Source of the DNA: Eledone cirrhosa
Taxonomy: Eukaryota
Direction of reading: 5' to 3'
DNA length: 64,000 bases
NCBI GenBank assembly: GCA_964016885.1
Contig: OZ024758.1
Location: 24,242,001-24,306,000, forward strand
Of the stretch, positions 12,695-25,933 are shown piece by piece (the first letter of the stretch is position 1; each line of letters opens with the position of its first letter). The position numbers were made by a program, and so were the translations under genes. Under the pieces are notes generated by a model, which worked only from the letters and a program-made list of their open reading frames with translations, had not been told where the DNA came from and did no database searches.

Positions 12695-13137
12695 ATAATG
12701 ATTACTTTAGGCACAAGGCCAGCAATTTGAAGAGGAGGGGAAAGTTGATTAAATCGACCCCAGTGCGTTACTGGTACTTTATTTTATCGACCTCGTAAGG
12801 ATGAAAGGCAAAGTTAACCTCGGCGAGATTTGAACCCTGAACGTAAAGGGCCGTAACCTTTTTACGTTCTGAGTTCAAATCCTGCCGGAGCAATGTCAGG
12901 TAATCTTACATAGGTAAAGATAATGTGTTTTTATTTAGGCACAAGGCTAGCAATCTTTAGGGCAATGAGTCGATTATGCTGACCTCCAGTACATTACTGG
13001 TACTTTATTTTATCGACCTCGAAATAATGAAAGGAAAAGTTAACCTTGGCAGGATTTTAAATCAGAACAAAGATCCATTAGAAATACCACTAACCATTTG
13101 TTCGGCGCTCTAACGCCTTTGCCAATCCTTTGCCTTC
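12695..13137 (-). mobile_element. Two SINE family 1 copies
   Basis: Reverse-complement SINE bodies. Confidence 0.8.
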
Positions 13138-13547
13138 CATAGAACATTTAATAATTTTTATTTTCAAATTTCGTGGTGCTTATATATAGTAATGAAATTA
13201 ACATTAATTTTCAAAATAAACATTTATTTCATTAAATCAAAATGAAATGAAATAAAACGATCTTTTTTGTTTGTATAACTGCAATAAATATATAATATAT
13301 GTTATCACAAACAAACTTATCGATAAATTACAGATCTAACAAATCGATTAATTCTATATAAGGTAGCGTGCGTCAGGAAGCAACCTACAGAGAGAATTAA
13401 CATTGATTGTTTATTGTAAAAGCGATGTAGTGATAGAAATAGTTTGGCTACGTTTACTTATTTTTAAGTCAAACCCCACCGGAGTCAATTTATATCTTTC
13501 GTCCTTCCGACGGGGATAAAATATAGTAGCAATCAAAAGTTATAGAC

Positions 13548-13703
13548 CAGCTGTCGTCAACCAGTGGTCCGAGAGAAATTTTTGGTGGTCCACAGAAAAA
13601 TGTTAATGTATTTATCTTTTTAAAAAATTTCATGTTAGTGGTCCGCGGGATTTAAAATTATGAATTTAGTGGTCCGTGAGGTCCGAAAGGTTGGCGACCA
13701 CTG
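13548..13703. mobile_element. hAT (Charlie-like) MITE nested in an old SINE
   Basis: TIRs CAGCTGTCGTCAACC / GGTTGGCGACCACTG; imperfect 8-bp TSD TTATAGAC / TTGCAGAC. Confidence 0.75.
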
Positions 13704-13782
13704 TTGCAGACGATCTAACCAACTGTCTTCCTCTCACCTAAATATGTAGTCTTGTTCCTCTTGATTTAAACCCTTAAATAAA

Positions 13783-13925
13783 GGCGCATGGCTTAGTAGT
13801 TAGAGCATTGGGCTTGCACTCCGACCGAGTGATGTGTTGTTTCCTTGAGCAAGACACTTTATTTCACGTTGCTCCAGTTTACTCAGCTGTAGAAATGAGA
13901 TGATAGGGACTGGTAGAAATGAGAT
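13783..13925 (+). mobile_element. CORE-type SINE
   Basis: GGCGCATGGCTTAGTAGTTAG...CCTTGAGCAAGACACTTTATTTCACGTTGCTCCAG. Confidence 0.75.
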
Positions 13926-14180
13926 GATAGGACGAGATATACCTCGGAGGAGGCTAGCTAAACCTGCATAGGTGTGAGCTGTCACACACACACACACCCT
14001 TATTGCAAAAGGGGGTTGTTGATAATAAATTCGGGGAAAGTGACTAAACGTAATGAAGTTAATATCTCTCCACAGATTTTTCATTGGAATTTGAGAAAAA
14101 AGGAAATATATGCCTATTGAATTTATTTAATAAATTCAATACAATACATTTTAAAATACTATTGGTTGAAATACTATACG

Positions 14181-14381
14181 TCTTGAGTTCACGTCTTGAG
14201 TTCACATCTTGAGTTCACGTCTTGAGTTCACATCTTGATTTCACATCTTGATTTCACATCTTGAGTTCACATCTTGAGTTCACATCTTGAGTTCACATCT
14301 TGATTTCACATCTTGATTTCACATCTTGATTTCACATCTTGATTTCACATCTTGATTTCACATCTTGATTTCATATCTTGC
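14181..14381. repeat. 13-bp minisatellite TCTTGA(G/T)TTCACA, about 15 copies, at the B-box of a decayed SINE
   Basis: Unit resembles CTGAGTTCAAATC and is followed by the SINE-like GGAGTCAACTT...GTGAAATAA. Confidence 0.8.
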
Positions 14382-14512
14382 TGGAGTCAACTTATCTGTA
14401 CGGGTTCGGTGAAATAATTATCTAACATATACTAGAGTCAATTTAATCGTCTAAAAACATCTACAAATATATGGACTTCTGTCAATGTGATGAATGATTA
14501 CCGTTATATTTA

Positions 14513-14700
14513 AGGTGGATTGGCCTTATCGGTAGGTCGGAGGCCATGTTTTCCAACATAGAATTACGTCCCTTTACGGACTGAGTTCAAATCCCGTCGA
14601 GGTTAACTTTGCCTTTCATCCTTACGGGGTCGATAAAATAAAGTACCATTAATCTGCTGGGATAATTGCTGTCCTTGTGCCAAAAGTAGAAATAATTATA
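14513..14700 (+). mobile_element. SINE family 1
   Basis: Conserved body. Confidence 0.9.
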
Positions 14701-14953
14701 TTTAAAGCAGTATCGTGTTACTGAAAACTATGTCTTTGGATTTGTCGACGCCATATTCTAAGCAACAGTGTTTTTTTTATTTCATCTTTATGTGTTCTTT
14801 AACCAGATTATGAAGAAGGTATTGTAAGAAATTTCATGTCATAACCAGCCACTAGGAGAATATGATCAACATGAATTTCGTGATCGTGTCGTAATCTTTG
14901 CCAGTTAAAATTGATTTGGTACACAAAACACACAACAGCAATAGTTATCTTAA

Positions 14954-15215
14954 CCCTTTAGTGTTCAAACCGGCCAAAACCGGCCAGAATTCTCTACCTC
15001 TTTCTGTTGAAACTGGCTGTAACTGGTCGCTCATACTGATGTTAAGGTATTGTTCTCAAAATAAATACTTTCAAAATCTCATAGATTCGATATTATGTGA
15101 GATAATTATGCAAGTATATATAAAATAATTGTTTCTACTTTTGGCACAAGACCAGCAATTACCCAGTACATTACTGGTACTTTATTTTATCTAAAATAAT
15201 GTGAATGCTAAAGGG
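14954..15215. mobile_element. piggyBac-like MITE (related copies at 21037-21173 and 31367-31746)
   Basis: TTAA|CCCTTTAGTGTTC...GAATGCTAAAGGG|TTAA: TTAA target duplication with CCC/GGG termini. Confidence 0.75.
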
Positions 15216-15249
15216 TTAAAGAATACTTCATCTTTATTTATGAATTAAT

Positions 15250-15477
15250 AATTATTTCTACTTTAGGTACAAGACCAGAAATTAGACGGGGGGGGGGAGA
15301 AATTCGACCAAAACGACCCCAGTGTATTACTGGTGCTTTATTATATCGACCCCCGTAAGGATGAAAGGCAAAGGTAACCTCCGCGGGATTTGAACTCAGA
15401 ACGTAAAGGGCCGTAACTCTATGCTGTAAATAATATTGTCCGACACTCTACCGATACTGTCAATCAATCAACCGCCC
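15250..15477 (-). mobile_element. SINE family 1
   Basis: Reverse-complement body. Confidence 0.9.
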
Positions 15478-15571
15478 TTCTATTTATGGATTAATGATGT
15501 TAGGTTAAATCGAGTCACTTTATTGTCGATTTTTATTCAGTTGATTTTTTTAATCAGTTCTACAATGATTA

Positions 15572-15759
15572 CCCTATTTCCCGGCGTCAAAGACGTTACA
15601 TTTTTCCTAAAATAAGTTTCAAAAATCTACCATGCATCCTGGAGGCCGAAGGTTGTTTATTATTATTATTTTTTTTTTTTTTTTTTTTTCAAAATTTTGG
15701 TTGTCAAAACTAGGGTGCGTCCTCGAGGACGAAGCATCTTCGGCGCCGGGAAAATACGG
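15572..15759. mobile_element. Tc1/mariner-pogo-type MITE
   Basis: TA|CCCTATTTCCCGGCG...CGCCGGGAAAATACGG|TA. Confidence 0.8.
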
Positions 15760-16030
15760 TAGTCTTATCCACTAATGATGTAATGTATGTACTACTACTT
15801 CTTGCTCTTTCACAACGAGAGCTGGAGTAATCCTTAGCCAGCTATCCTAAAGCATCGTCGTGTGTAGAGCCGAAATGTATGTACTTGCATAAAGTAGATT
15901 ATTGTTAGCTATTAATAAGAAATGATACAAAAGTGTTCCTTGTGAAGTATCGCATTCCACGAGACGGTTGCACAGAAATTATTATTCAAACTATTAAATG
16001 CAGCTAACCAGTAAATCTGATTTATTCTTA

Positions 16031-16239
16031 TATATTAAACTAATATATTAAACTAATATATTAAACTAATATTTTAAACTAATATTTTAAACTAATATTT
16101 TAAACTAATATTTTAAACTAATATTTTAAACTAATATTTTAAACTAATATTTTAAACTAATATATTAAACTAATATTTTAAACTAATATATTAAACTAAT
16201 ATATTAAACTAATATATTAAACTAATATATTAAACTAAT
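16031..16239. repeat. 13-bp AT-rich minisatellite ATATTAAACTAAT, about 16 copies
   Basis: Visible. Confidence 0.95.
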
Positions 16240-16295
16240 CACGATTGACAGTCCTAAGGCATGTGATATTTAAGGGTTTTATTATTTGATTCAAA

Positions 16296-16785
16296 TGGCG
16301 GTGGATTGGCAGTATCGGTAGAAGATTGGATGCCATGCTTTGCAGCATGGAGTTACGCCCATTTACGATCTGAATTCAAATCCCGCCGAAGTTAACTTTG
16401 CTTTTCATCCTTACAAGGTCGCTAAAATAAAGTACCAGTACTGGGCTGACTGCTGGCCTTGTGCCAAAAAGTAGAAAATTATTTGATTCAGTTAGGGCGG
16501 GGAATTGGCAGTATCGGTAGAGGGTCGGACGCCATGCTTTGCGGCATAGAGTTATGGCCCTTTACAGTCTGAGTTAAAAAAGAGTCGTTCGAACGTCGGA
16601 GAGAATGACTTTTGGTATTTGTTCCAACTTCCTGCTATCTGAGTTCAAATCCCGCGGAGTTTAACTTTGCCTTTCATCCTTATGGGATTGATAAAATACA
16701 GTACCAGTCACGCACTGGGGTCGATTTAATCGAGTTTCTCCTCCCCCAAAATTCCCCCCTTGTGCCTATATAAGAAACCATTATT
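16296..16785 (+). mobile_element. Tandem/chimeric SINE family 1 copies
   Basis: Two heads and bodies with duplicated TTATTTGATTCAGTT flanks. Confidence 0.85.
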
Positions 16786-16979
16786 TGATTCAGTTGAGGT
16801 GATGGATTCCAGAACCATTAAAGGTGCCGGAAAATGTCTTTTAATCACTTTATCTGACGACCACTTCTTATTTGTCCCTAAATTGCTTTTCTTGCCTTGC
16901 AAATAACATTTGGAATAGTTTAAACGTCGTAATGTTCTATATGTCACAAGATTACTCAAAATTAAACGGTTTGGAAATA

Positions 16980-17357
16980 CAGTGGAACCCCGGTTCTCGA
17001 ACTTAATTCGTTCCTGTAGGCCGTTCGTCAACCGAAATGTTCGTAACTAGTTCTCCATACGAAATGTTGAGAGAGCAATACAGTTAGAGAGAGAGAGAGG
17101 GGGGGGGGGGGAGAAAGAGAGAGAGAGAGAGAAAGAGAGAATGTGTGTGAAAGACACAGATATCACCATAGTTGCTAACTACACAGCAAGTGACACTTTC
17201 CCACCGATACTCCAAGTTTGTTGCCAACCATTGTTGCCGGCTTGTGTGTTCATCACTCGCGACAGCGTTAGAGAACCGAGACGTTTTATGTTCGGAAACA
17301 TTGTTCATGAAACAATTTGTTCGTGATGACAGGTGTTCGTGAAATGAGGTTCCATTG
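16980..17357. mobile_element. Tigger/pogo-like MITE
   Basis: TA|CAGTGGAACCCCGGTTCTCGAAC...GTTCGTGAAATGAGGTTCCATTG|TA. Confidence 0.8.
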
Positions 17358-17370
17358 TAATAGAAATAAT

Positions 17371-17550
17371 TGTTTCTACTTTAGGCACAAGGCCAGCAAT
17401 TACCCAGTGCATTACCGGTACTTTATTTTATCGACCCCGTAAGGATGGAAGGCAAAGTCAACCTCGGCTGGATTTTAACTCAGATCGTAAAGGGACGTAA
17501 CTATGCTGGAAAGCATGGCGTCCGACCCTCTACCGATACTGCCAATCCAC
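17371..17550 (-). mobile_element. Young SINE family 1 copy with a 15-bp TSD
   Basis: TGTAATAGAAATAAT at both 17356-17370 and 17551-17565. Confidence 0.92.
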
Positions 17551-17664
17551 TGTAATAGAAATAATAATTTTCTAACATCACTTCACTGCCACTAATTTAA
17601 ATTGACCGCAGTATTAGTCGCTAAAGTCGACTCTAAAAGATTTGAACTCAAATAATAGAGGATC

Positions 17665-17760
17665 ACTCACCATTTCTGCCCTTTCCTAGTAATATTTGTG
17701 AGTACTTCGACAGAAACTAACAGTGAACCGCGTTTGTGGCCCAATTTATATTTCCGTTTC
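17665..17760 (-). promoter_or_regulatory. Candidate TATA + Inr promoter and Met-only first exon (copy B)
   Basis: On the minus strand, TATAAA (17750-17745) lies 32 nt before the A of Inr-like TTAGTT (17718). A ~45-nt leader follows, then ATG (17673-17671) directly followed by GTGAGT. Confidence 0.5.
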
Positions 17761-17835
17761 ATGCCCTTCTATTTTTGTTCTTTCAAATACGTCGGTAATG
17801 TCCCCGAGAAAATTATGAGCGCCACATAACCAAAT

Positions 17836-18115
17836 GGAGGCGCGTGGCCTCGTGGTAAGGGTGTTGGACTTACGATCATAATGTCGTGGGTTCGATTCCT
17901 GGGCTGGGTTGTGCGTTGTGCTCTTGAGCAAAACGCTTCATTTCACGTTGCTCCAGTATACTCAGCTGAAAATGAGTACCAGCAATAGCTGGGGGTTTAA
18001 CCCTGGCGTCCTATCCTGGGGGGGGGGGGGGATTCTTGAACTCTCAGTCGCTTCACTCCATGAAACCGGGATAAGCACCGACCTAACACACCCTCTGGCT
18101 TGAGAGACTTTAGAC
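17836..18115 (+). mobile_element. CORE-type SINE (part of a segment duplicated at 1981-2501)
   Basis: Same upstream flank and body as 2231-2501. Confidence 0.85.
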
Positions 18116-19482
18116 ATAATTTAATGCCCTTTTATCTGTTATACAAATCCGAGAATTTGCTTCAGTTTAAGAAGTCAATGTCGTTAGATTTATTGCTATG
18201 TTAATTTCTTTACAACTGTTAGCTTGGTACAAGTCCCTGTTCGATAATTTCCCCCCCCCCCCCCCCAAAAAAAAGGAAAACTATTTCAATCTTTGTTTGT
18301 TCAATTTTCTAAAGATGTTAAGCTCCTCTGCTCTTAAGTGAAGCCAATGAAATTATTCAGAGCACGTGTTACGAAAAATTGGAGAATATCGAATTACACA
18401 CGAATGCATGTAAGCGTGCATATTTTATGGAAACTAACAGATTAAAGTAAAGATGGAAGAAAAGTTGGAAATGGTTGAGGTTTTTTTTTTTTTTTTGACG
18501 TATTCATATTATTATCTTTGAAACAAGGACGTTAAGAGTTTGTAAATTAAAAAAAAATAATAATAATACATTTGGATATTCACGAAACTGAATCTAATAA
18601 GAAGGACAAGAAATTCTAGAAACAATGTGAAAATGTATCTTCCATCCAGAAATTTCAGTGTTTGTTGAAAAAAATGGAATGCACAATCATGAAGCCGTAG
18701 ATAAAGAGAATGTGGGTTGGTAAATATACATGTATTTATATGTTTATATTATATGTTTATATTACATGTATATATTTATAGCTGCATATTTATGAAACCA
18801 ACTCCTCACATTAGATGGTGAGAATTTTGTAATAATACAATATCCTTATATAGAAAATATACCTGTATTTATTTTAATAATAATTTATTGATTTCAAGCT
18901 CCCAGAATCTACAGTCGCTGTAAAAAAAATTTCAATTTTATTTTCCTTCCTTTATGAATATCTTATATTTTTATGATGTAATGGAATGCTTTTTCTCAGT
19001 TGCCTATCAAATTTAGCTGAGAGCAATTTTGGTAGAGTTTGTTGTCGCTGTTGTTTCTATTATAGGCCTTTACTATTTTGTGAGCAATATTCTTATATTT
19101 TAAAATATAAAAAAAATGGCATATTACAACCGAAATGCTTCTACTTTGTCATGTGTTTTTTTTTTTTCATTATTATGTAAACATACCAGTGCGTTTGGGG
19201 AATATGAATAGATTATCGTGAATCTTTACAATTTTCCATCATAGTTTAACATTATAGACAGTTGCTAGAGTCTTTAGCGATATCGAATTATCAACCAAGA
19301 GACCAGAGGTTCAAATCATATCATACCATATATATTTGTGGTAAAAACATCACAAATTATTTCTTTACCTAACTTTCAAATATTACCTCCAAGAACCACA
19401 TAGCAGTGTAAGAATCGATAGTATGGTAACATTTACCACTGCTTTCTTAGAATAGTCTGGAATTAAATAACTTACTCTAGGT

Positions 19483-19647
19483 CAGTGGTTCCTAAAGTGG
19501 GTTTCGCAAAGGAGTGTCTGGGGTTCTTGTAAAAAGGTAGAGGAGTATATTTATATTACGACCATATAACAGTATTAGACTTTGGGGTTGCACCAAGTTT
19601 CTGAACCAAAAAGAGTTCCGCGTTTGAAAAAGGTTTCGGTAACCCTG
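19483..19647. mobile_element. hAT (Charlie-like) MITE
   Basis: CAGTGGTTCCTAAA...TTTCGGTAACCCTG with TSD CTCTAGGT / CTCTAGAT. Confidence 0.8.
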
Positions 19648-20057
19648 CTCTAGATATACATGAAGACGAAAAATTCAATAGTTTCTTTTCCATGATATAG
19701 GACATAGTACAGGTCGTAATATTTTATATGGGCCAGAAACAGGGATAATTTAATAAAAGGATTTGGCATACTTATAGATATTTATATAATATAACTAGTT
19801 TAAGTCAGAAGACTGAGAAATTGGCATTATATGAGAGTTCCTTAGATACCAAAGAATGGTAATTAACGTATATGAAAGAATGGTGAAGAAGTCATCACAG
19901 AACAATAGCCAAGTTTACTTCCCTTCCTAATTAATTCCTCCGTTACAAACACATTTTTCTATTACTTCCCATTTTCCTTCACTATCCATTCCGACTCAGA
20001 AGCCATTAAATATCATTCCTTTTGTAATAATTACAAATAAGCCTTCAGCTTATATGG

Positions 20058-20270
20058 GACCTGCCAACCTCTAAAAGCCCAAACAGGGGGTGCCCCAAAA
20101 CAGAAAAATAAGGCAAAATGTAGAGATTTTACATAATTGTTTCTACTTTAGGCACAAGGCCAGCAATTACCCAGTGCATTACTGGTACTTATAATGAAAG
20201 CTATACCGATTTTCACAAGAGAAGACATCTCTCATCCATCCTAAAGTGGGTTGGAGATCTCCACAGGTCT
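20058..20270. mobile_element. Unclassified TIR element containing a SINE fragment (second copy at 46400-46578)
   Basis: Both loci have GACCTGCCAACCTCTAAAA...CAGGTCT ends and a shared interior; no convincing TSD. Confidence 0.6.
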
Positions 20271-20460
20271 TATGTCTAAAATCAACAATTACAAATGTAA
20301 AAGCTGGTGAGTTGGCAAATTCCTGGGAACGTAGCACAAAGTAGCTTATAGAACCTTGTTACATCCCTTTAGGCTCTGAGTTCAAATCTCGCTGAGGTCG
20401 ACATTACTAATCATCCTCCTGGGTTAATAAAATAAAGTACCAGTCAAGTATTGTTAAAGT

Positions 20461-20498
<38 letters not shown>

Positions 20499-21500
20499 AC
20501 TAAATACATTTATACACACACAGAGTAAATAGATTTATACACGGATGATTGGGCTGAAACTTCTAGTATTTTTATACAAAACTAAAAAGAACTGAAGAGT
20601 GTGGGGAAAACTGAGTTTAATATTTGCCCCTGAATAAATGTATATTGAGAGAGTATATGGACCCGTAACTCCTGGTGTAGTCGTACGGTCACCGTTGTGA
20701 CATATGGTGTGTCTAGGATATATCAAATCTAGCGGAGTCCATCGTCTCTCTCTCTCCCTCTCTCCGGGTCTGAACACAGCCGATGTCTCCAAGAGAGGGA
20801 GAGTGAAAGATAGGACGTAAGAAAGAAATATAGAGGAACAATTTACCCCAATACTGCACTGGTATTTTTTAATGACCTTCAAAGGGTGAAACGCAAAATT
20901 GACTTCGACGGGATTTGAACTCAGAGAGCAGAGAAAACCGAAACGAATATCGCACAGAATTCTATCCGAAGTTCTAACGACTCTGACAATTCATTGCCTT
21001 AGTGATAGAACGTAACAGATAGGTAAAACATCTGAACCCTTTAGCATTCACATTACTCTATATATACTATTGTATGTTCATGGGAAAGGCTTTACCTCAC
21101 GTAATTATCTCATAATATAGAATCTATGAAATTTTGATGTCATGTGTTATGAAAACAATACCATGCCAAAAGGTTAAGGAAACTATGTAAGATTAAAACT
21201 TTAAGCAGGCAAACCTCACAAAAGTTTGGTCCGATAATTATGATTGGATTTATAACTTTTTTTTTTTCCTTTCAATAAATCGATGTATTTTGTCATTGGT
21301 TTTTTTATTTATTTCTATTTGTTGTAATTTTTATTTAAAAAACATTCTATACAAATGTGATCGATGTACATTCTAAATATGTTATTTAAAAACTGAAAAA
21401 GGAATCCTGGTGTTAATAAAAGATATATTAAATATTTGGGCCTTTATGTTGTTATTTCTTGTGCTTTTGACAACAAAATAAAGTTAAAATCTTGTTAAAG

Positions 21501-22122
21501 TAATTGTTTCTTCTTTTGGCACAAGGACAGCAATTACCCCCAGTGTATTACTGGTGCTTTATTTTATCGACCCCGTACGGAAGAAAGGCAAAGTTTACCT
21601 CAGCGGGATTTGAACTCAGACCCTAAAGGGCCGTAACTATGCTACAAAACATGCTACAAAACATGGCGTCCGACCTTCTACCGATACTGCCAATCCACCG
21701 CCATTGTTCCAATAATAATTTCTAATTTGGACACGCGTCCAACAATTTTGGAGTTGGGGGGTGGAAAGCCGATTATATCAGCCTCAGTACTATATTTTAT
21801 CGACCTCGGAAGTATGAAAGGCAAAGTTGATCTCGATATGATTTAAACTCGAAAAGTCAAGACCCAGAACGAAAATCGATAAGCATTTGTCCGACTCTCT
21901 AACAATCCACCGCTTTACTTTTGATTGATTAATAATCGTTTCTACTTTTGGCACAAGGCCAGCAATTATCCCAGTGTATTACTGGTTCTTTATTTTATCG
22001 ACCCCGTAAAGATGAAAGGCAAAGTTAACCTCGGTGGGAGTTGAACTCAGATCATAAAGGGCCGTAACTCTATGCTGCAAAGCATGGCGTCCGATCCTCT
22101 ACCGATACTGCCAATCCACCAC
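21501..22122 (-). mobile_element. Three SINE family 1 copies; the last has TSD TGATTGATTAATAA
   Basis: Reverse-complement bodies with duplicated flank. Confidence 0.88.
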
Positions 22123-22446
22123 CCTGATTGATTAATAACAGTTCATTTCGATTTAGTAAGCGTCTTTATGGTAGGGATCGTTAAAATTGAAAATAATTTT
22201 GCGGTGAAAAAAAATCAGTATTGGCCAATAACTCATTTTATTTTTGATTTTTCCATCAAATCGCAACAAATTTCTGTTTTATTCTAACCTCATCAGCACA
22301 ACATAGCCCTCAGTGTAGTTGCCGAAATAGTGAGGAAAGAATCCCTCAGTAAATATTCATACGAGACTGTACTTTGACTTACATGGAGGAAAAATATAAT
22401 TGCTTGTTAGAATAAACTCAGCGACCCCGTAACACACATACGCGCG

Positions 22447-23580
22447 CAGAGAGAGAGTGAGTGAGTGAGTGGGAGAAGAGTGAGTGAGTGAGTGAGAGAG
22501 TGAGAGAAGAGTGAGTGAGTGAGTGAGTGAGTGAGTGAGTGAGTGAGTGAGTGAGTGAGTGAGTGAGTGAGTGAGTGAGTGAGTGAGTGAGTGAGAGTGA
22601 GTGAGAGAGTGAGAGAAGAGTGAGTGAGTGAGTGAGTGAGTGAGTGAGTGAGAGAGTGAGAGAAGAGTGAGTGAGTGAGTGAGTGAGTGAGTGAGTGAGA
22701 GAAGAGTGAGAGAGTGAGTGAGTGAGAGAAGAGTGAGTGAGTGAGTGAGAGAAGAGTGAGAGAAGAGTGAGAGAAGAGTGAGAGAAGAGTGAGAGAAGAG
22801 TGAGAGAAGAGTGAGTGAGTGAGTGAGTGAGAGAAGAGTGAGTGAGTGAGTGAGAGAAGAGTGAGTGAGTGAGAGAAGAGTGAGTGAGAGAAGAGTGAGT
22901 GAGTGAGAGAAGAGTGAGTGAGTGAAGAGTGAGTGAGTGAGTGAGAGAAGAGTGAGTGAGTGAAGAGTGAGTGAGTGAGTGAGAGAAGAGTGAGTGAGTG
23001 AGTGAGAGAAGAGTGAGTGAGTGAAGAGTGAGTGAGTGAGTGAGAGAAGAGTGAGTGAGAGAGTGAGAGAAGAGTGAGTGAGTGAGTGAGAGAGTGAGAG
23101 AAGAGTGAGTGAGTGAGTGAGTGAGTGAGTGAGTGAGTGAGTGAGTGAGTGAGTGAGTGAGTGAGTGAGTGAGTGAGTGAGTGAGTGAGTGAGTGAGTGA
23201 GTGAGTGAGTGAGTGAGTGAGTGAGTGAAGAGTGAGTGAGTGAAGAGTGAGTGAGTGAGAGAAGAGTGAGTGAGTGAGAGAAGAGTGAGTGAGTGAGAGA
23301 AGAGTGAGTGAGTGAGAGAAGAGTGAGTGAGTGAGTGAGTGAGAGAAGAGTGAGTGAGTGAGTGAGTGAGTGAGTGAGTGAGTGAGTGAGTGAGTGAGTG
23401 AGTGAGTGAGTGAGTGAGTGAGTGAGTGAGTGAGTGAGTGAGTGAGTGAGTGAGTGAGTGAGTGAGTGAGTGAGTGAGTGCGCGCTTATATATATATGCG
23501 CGCGTGTGTGTATATATATATGCACGCGTGTGTGTTTATATACGCGTGTGTGTGTGTGTGTATATATATATGCGTGCGTG
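22447..23580. repeat. (GAGT)n/GAGAA microsatellite and mixed TA/TG/CG tract
   Basis: Visible; explains ORF 22407-23726. Confidence 0.95.
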
Positions 23581-23968
23581 CGAATATCAATAAGTTTATG
23601 CTTTAATATATCATCTATAAAAGGCAGATTGTTGTTGTTGTTTGTGTTGTTGTTTGTGTTGTTGTGTGTGCGCGCGTGCGTGCGCATGTTTATACATTTG
23701 CACAATTTCAAACCGATTCGACTCAAAGTCTGTAAGAATGTTGTAAATGGTCTAACTTAGGTCAACGACTATTTATTTATTTATTTCAAACTCACCCACA
23801 ATTACGGAAATAATCGATAAAACTAAATACATGACGCTTTACCCCTCTCTCTACTCCCCTTAAAATCGATAAAACTACATACATGCTGCAACTTTCTCTT
23901 ATATACGCTTAAACCACTCCTTACAAACTTCCTTTGGGAACTCGGAAGAAAGAAATGAAGGAAAGAGA

Positions 23969-24036
<68 letters not shown>

Positions 24037-24594
24037 ACGTTTGTTTTTGAGTGTGGAACGGTCAAAAATTTATTTACTTCAATGATAACGAAGAGAACTT
24101 ATAACATTTCATACGAAACAACAATTATTCAAAAGCAACAAATAAATTTATTCAACAACAACAAAAAATAGCGATAAATCCTTTTTAAAACATCTCTCAA
24201 CGAACGTGGAAGAAAGAAGTATCAGTTTATTTACTATACACAATAATATGCTCTATGAGGTCACTAAACCTGCTAGAAACGGCAGCTAACTCTCCCCCAT
24301 ATCACACCCCTCCCTACTGTCTTAAATTTAGAAAACACACAGACAACCATGCAGTACAACTCCATCGCAGCTCTGTTGTTCGGCTGGCATCGTCTACGCG
24401 CGTGTTGCGCAAGTACTGTGAAACAATAAATTTCAACACTTCTTTGCACAGAGATAATATCCATAGGCGAAACTACAATTGTCACTGCTGGCGCAGCTCC
24501 TGCTTCGGCAGTCCAGGTCTGCAATTCATTCATCCAGAGCCTGGCAAGACAAAAAGGTGCTGCCATAAAATGGGTGGTGAAACCTAACTTTGGT

Positions 24595-24633
24595 AACTTA
24601 CTGACCCCGAGCAACGCCGGGCTTTAATGCTAG
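24595..24633 (+). mobile_element. Helitron 3' end
   Basis: Hairpin CCCGAGCAACGCCGGG followed about 10 nt later by CTAG|T; same terminus as 34943-34970. Confidence 0.7.
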
Positions 24634-25654
24634 TCATTTATAAAAGCGATGAATCGATCACGAGAACCTTGAACGAGATGCCTTGCGGTATTTATGACTC
24701 TTTACGTTCTAAGTTCAAAGCCTGCCATTTTTAACTTAGCCTTTCATCTTTCTGAAGGAATAAGATAAAGTAGCAGTACCAGTCAAATACTGGGGTCGAT
24801 ACAATCAAATACCCCACCACCACTATCAATACACACATTTTTCTGGTCTTGTTCTTGTGCAAAGAAATCAATATTATAGCACTTCTATGTTTGCTTGTAT
24901 CTATTGTTAAAGTTTAGTTCCACCAGCTGCTACTTCATAGAGTAATGTTGTCAGTCCACCATTGATGCTGTAAATATTATTTATGTTCGAGCTACATTGA
25001 TTTTCATTTAGCTGTTTTATTTATTTTCTTTGTGTTTTTGCTTCCATATTCGCAATATATATTTCTTTTTTTCCTATTAAAATTGTTCCTATTGATTTAC
25101 ATACATACAGTTCGAATTTCTTTCATCTTATCTATGTCTTGTTTCTTTGTCTTGTCTTGTTTATTTGCTTCTAATTTTCCCCCCACCGTACTCCACCTCC
25201 GCACACACACACACACACACACACGCGCACACGCACACACCTGGCACCCCAGGACTCTTATTGTCGTGATCTTTAAATGGATATTTAGTGCTCCATTATT
25301 GTAAAAGAATACAAAGAGAAAGAAGAGAAAGATTACAAAAAGAAAAACAAAAAAATAGAAAAAAAGATATGAAAATGCACTAGACATAAAATAGTTTGTC
25401 AATGAGGAAAGAAAGAATTAATAGATGTCTAATGTCCTCAGACTTATTTCTGAAGAAACATGAATCAAATCAAACAAAAGGATCTCATGTTTGAAGACTT
25501 TCCATAGGTTTTTCTTCCTTTAGGGAAAAAATAAACCATAGTGACAGTTTCAGATAAAATAGATTATAGTCAGCCATTGAATCGTTAGAGGAGTTTGAAT
25601 CAAACAGATGGAGAATTAATGATTAAGGTTCATCTGTTATGTCTAAGTTTAAAA

Positions 25655-25933
25655 TCTGTCTCGGGCCCGTGAGCTCATCAGGCCAATGCTTATCCTGATT
25701 TCCGTGGCGAGAAGCGATTGACAGTATAAGATCACCCGCCTTGAAAAGGACGCCAGTCCATCAAAGGGTTAAACCCCCAGCTATTGGTGGTACTCATTTT
25801 CAGCTGAGTATACTGGAGCAACGTGAAATGAAGTGTTTTGCTCAAGAACACAACACACAACTCAGTCAAGGAATTAAACCCACGACATTACGATCGTAAG
25901 TCCAACGCCATTACCACTAGGCTACGTACCTCT
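25655..25933 (-). mobile_element. CORE-type SINE
   Basis: Reverse complement of family 2. Confidence 0.8.

Noticed and set aside
23790-23960. Minus-strand donor GG|GTGAGT with a possible exon
   Set aside because: No canonical YAG acceptor or supporting frame was found; expected by chance in 64 kb.
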